Shown in pieces: positions 62,501 through 64,000 of a stretch of 64,000 nt of DNA (its first letter is position 1; each line of letters opens with the position of its first letter). A program made the position numbers and the translations under genes. Below the pieces are notes generated by a model. The model was not told where the DNA came from. It ran no database searches and was given only the letters and a program-made list of their open reading frames with translations. The stretch comes from Thalia democratica (taxonomy: Eukaryota). The stretch lies in assembly GCA_965202585.1 (NCBI GenBank), contig OZ241834.1, positions 22,506,001-22,570,000 of the forward strand, in the 5' to 3' direction.

Positions 62501-64000
62501 CTACAATGTATCTAATTATGAACTTTTACACTTTGTTCTAAAAGTATTTAAAACAATAAGCGCAACATTTTTACTTTGCAGTAATAAAACATTAATTGAG
62601 CGCAACTGCCAAAATAACTTAATAAAAATTTTGAGTTAATATAAGTCTTTTAATAAAAGTTTTATTGCTAAGTCTTTTAATTCAATTTTGTAAAAATTAA
62701 AACTGCACAAATTCACAATATTTTGACAAGTATTTCAGTATATAAATAATAAATTAAAAGCCTAATATCTAAAAAAAACATAAGATTTTCAATTTAATTT
62801 AAAAGAAAACACACTAGTTAGTACTTATTAAATTACTTAAAGTCATAAAAAATACTAGAAATTTCAGGGTTTTTATAAAAGTTAAGCACAACTTTACAAC
62901 TTTTATAGTTTTTATTAAAATAATACTTTATAAAATACTGTTATTTAGTACATAGTAAAAATAAACCCAATTTTATTTCTATTTTTTGCATAAAAAAAAA
63001 ACCTGATGGTCAATTTTTAAACTCTCAACTTTTTTTTCAATTTCTTTTAACGTTAATTGATCCTTCATTATTGAGTCTATTTCACTTTTTATGTTTTCCT
63101 TTTCTGTTTTTTCTGCAATAATGAAGGAGTTAACATAATGCCAACCAAGTTTAAGAGTTGCAATCAAATTTGTTAAACAAGAATTTGATAAAACGATTAC
63201 ATGGCCGGAACTTACAAATTAACTATATTTGTCATTACTAATGAGTTTTTTGTTTCTTAAAATTTATATTGAAGACGAGTTCAGCCAACTAAATATTTTC
63301 TTAAAATAATGAACAATGTAAAAACAATGAATAGTTTAACATAAATTTTTGTTTTACTCAAGGCATTTATGGCTGCCTAACAAAAACGACAAATTCAAAA
63401 TAAGTAAATAATACTTTTTGCTTTCTGTTTTAAAAGTTAATACAAGGTAAGTGCATTACACACTATACTACACATTTAATTTAAGTTGTATAAGGTGTAC
63501 TAGTAAATTAAATTCGTTTTTTTAAAATAAACACAATATAATTTAAAAACTTTTTCATAATATTCCAAGCTTAACTTTTTTTAAAACAAAAACAAAAGTT
63601 TCACATTTAGTTCACTTATAAACTTCAATCATAGAAAATTATATTATGTATAACTTTTTATATTTATATTCAGATACTGTTTAAAATATTTTTTAACACA
63701 TTATTTTACAAAATTTTTTCTATTGAAGTAATTCAAAAGTAAGATTTACTTGAAAAAAAAACACAAAAAATAAGTCTTAGAAATAAATTGAGCTATAAAA
63801 ACGTAATGCTCGCTAATTTAATCTGTTAATATCTAGATTCTAGACTATCCTTACTTTATTTAATTATAAAATTATTTTTAATCGCTTAACGTTTTACATT
63901 TAAACTTGTTTTTTACACAACTTTAACAATTCAATCAAACATGTTTAATATTTTACCCGTGTTAAATTCCATTTCTCTGATCCAAATATGCCATTGGAAT
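44540..64000 (-). CDS. ARHGEF17: ARHGEF17-like Rho guanine nucleotide exchange factor, 3' portion (post-PH region and C-terminal WD40-like domain); DH domain lies beyond the window
   Basis: Exons in transcript order: 63957-64000 (partial, tentative), 63003-63112, 60952-61079, 59498-59586, 58811-58962, 56857-56940, 54130-54275, 53756-53844, 53267-53492, 50917-51019, 49557-49653, 49048-49193, 46998-47136, 45638-45886, 44758-44857, 44540-44633. All are GT-AG and phases agree. Motifs recalled from ARHGEF17: AIPISKTRNGMQFSCA, WVCNTDGYVGQ, SMWLGTEDG, DAIIRQHKAACLRIT, GHTGHVRFL, ISGGDGYEDF and the terminal GREDSTNHLLMWRV*. Confidence 0.9.
47878..48062. mobile_element. Small MITE-like element with TTTTGCACG subterminal repeats
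   Basis: Three GTCA(N)TTTTGCA(C/G)G motifs on the left and their reverse complements (CCGTGCTAAACTGAC, CCTGCAAAATACC) on the right. Confidence 0.5.
50053..50323. mobile_element. hAT-type MITE (271 bp)
   Basis: TIR CAGCGATTCTTAACCT / AGGTTAAGAACTGCTG, subterminal GGGGTAAA motifs, and ATCTAA near both flanks. Confidence 0.7.
61124..61502. mobile_element. Degenerate CAGGGTTGCC-family MITE; a related internal fragment is at ~58630-58725
   Basis: Left CAGGGTTGCC; right TTCCAGGTTTTTCCAGG motifs followed by GCAACTATG. Confidence 0.55.

Noticed and set aside
9372-62979. Remaining 60-90-aa AT-rich ORFs in the track (e.g. 9372, 9727, 11263, 21825, 35967, 36316, 37852, 42678, 49696, 53540, 58008, 59057)
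   Set aside because: F/L/K/I/N-rich, as expected from AT-rich non-coding DNA, or wrong-frame overlaps of real exons.

Overview
AT-rich animal nuclear DNA with spliceosomal GT-AG introns; the species cannot be named from the sequence. (1) 1-8626, minus strand: a Ty3/Gypsy-type LTR retrotransposon whose 3' end runs off the window. It has one long pol frame (protease-RT-RNase H-integrase), entered by a predicted -1 frameshift (G GGA AAC plus hairpin). Between the frameshift and the protease lie ~450 codons containing six in-frame 40-aa repeats. gag carries one in-frame TAA and an Asn/Arg-rich tail instead of a zinc knuckle. Upstream sits a 1307-bp internally deleted tandem unit (LTR-leader-5'gag-filler-PPT) sharing the inner LTR. 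(2) 12680-14677 (+): a 3-exon gene for a divergent, probably membrane/GPI-anchored C-type lectin-domain protein. (3) ~16-27 kb: a CpG-richer island with hairpins, then MITE/hAT-derived repeats. (4) 27667-35919 (+): cytosolic leucyl-tRNA synthetase, 19 coding exons, 1079 aa, lacking the vertebrate-type C-terminal extension. (5) 44540 to beyond 64000 (-): the 3' part of an ARHGEF17-like RhoGEF gene. Window-wide oddities: exon-by-exon GC3 from ~20% to ~92% within single genes, and T at +3 in about half of the splice donors. All exon models, counts and family assignments were made by hand from recalled motifs, without database searches.
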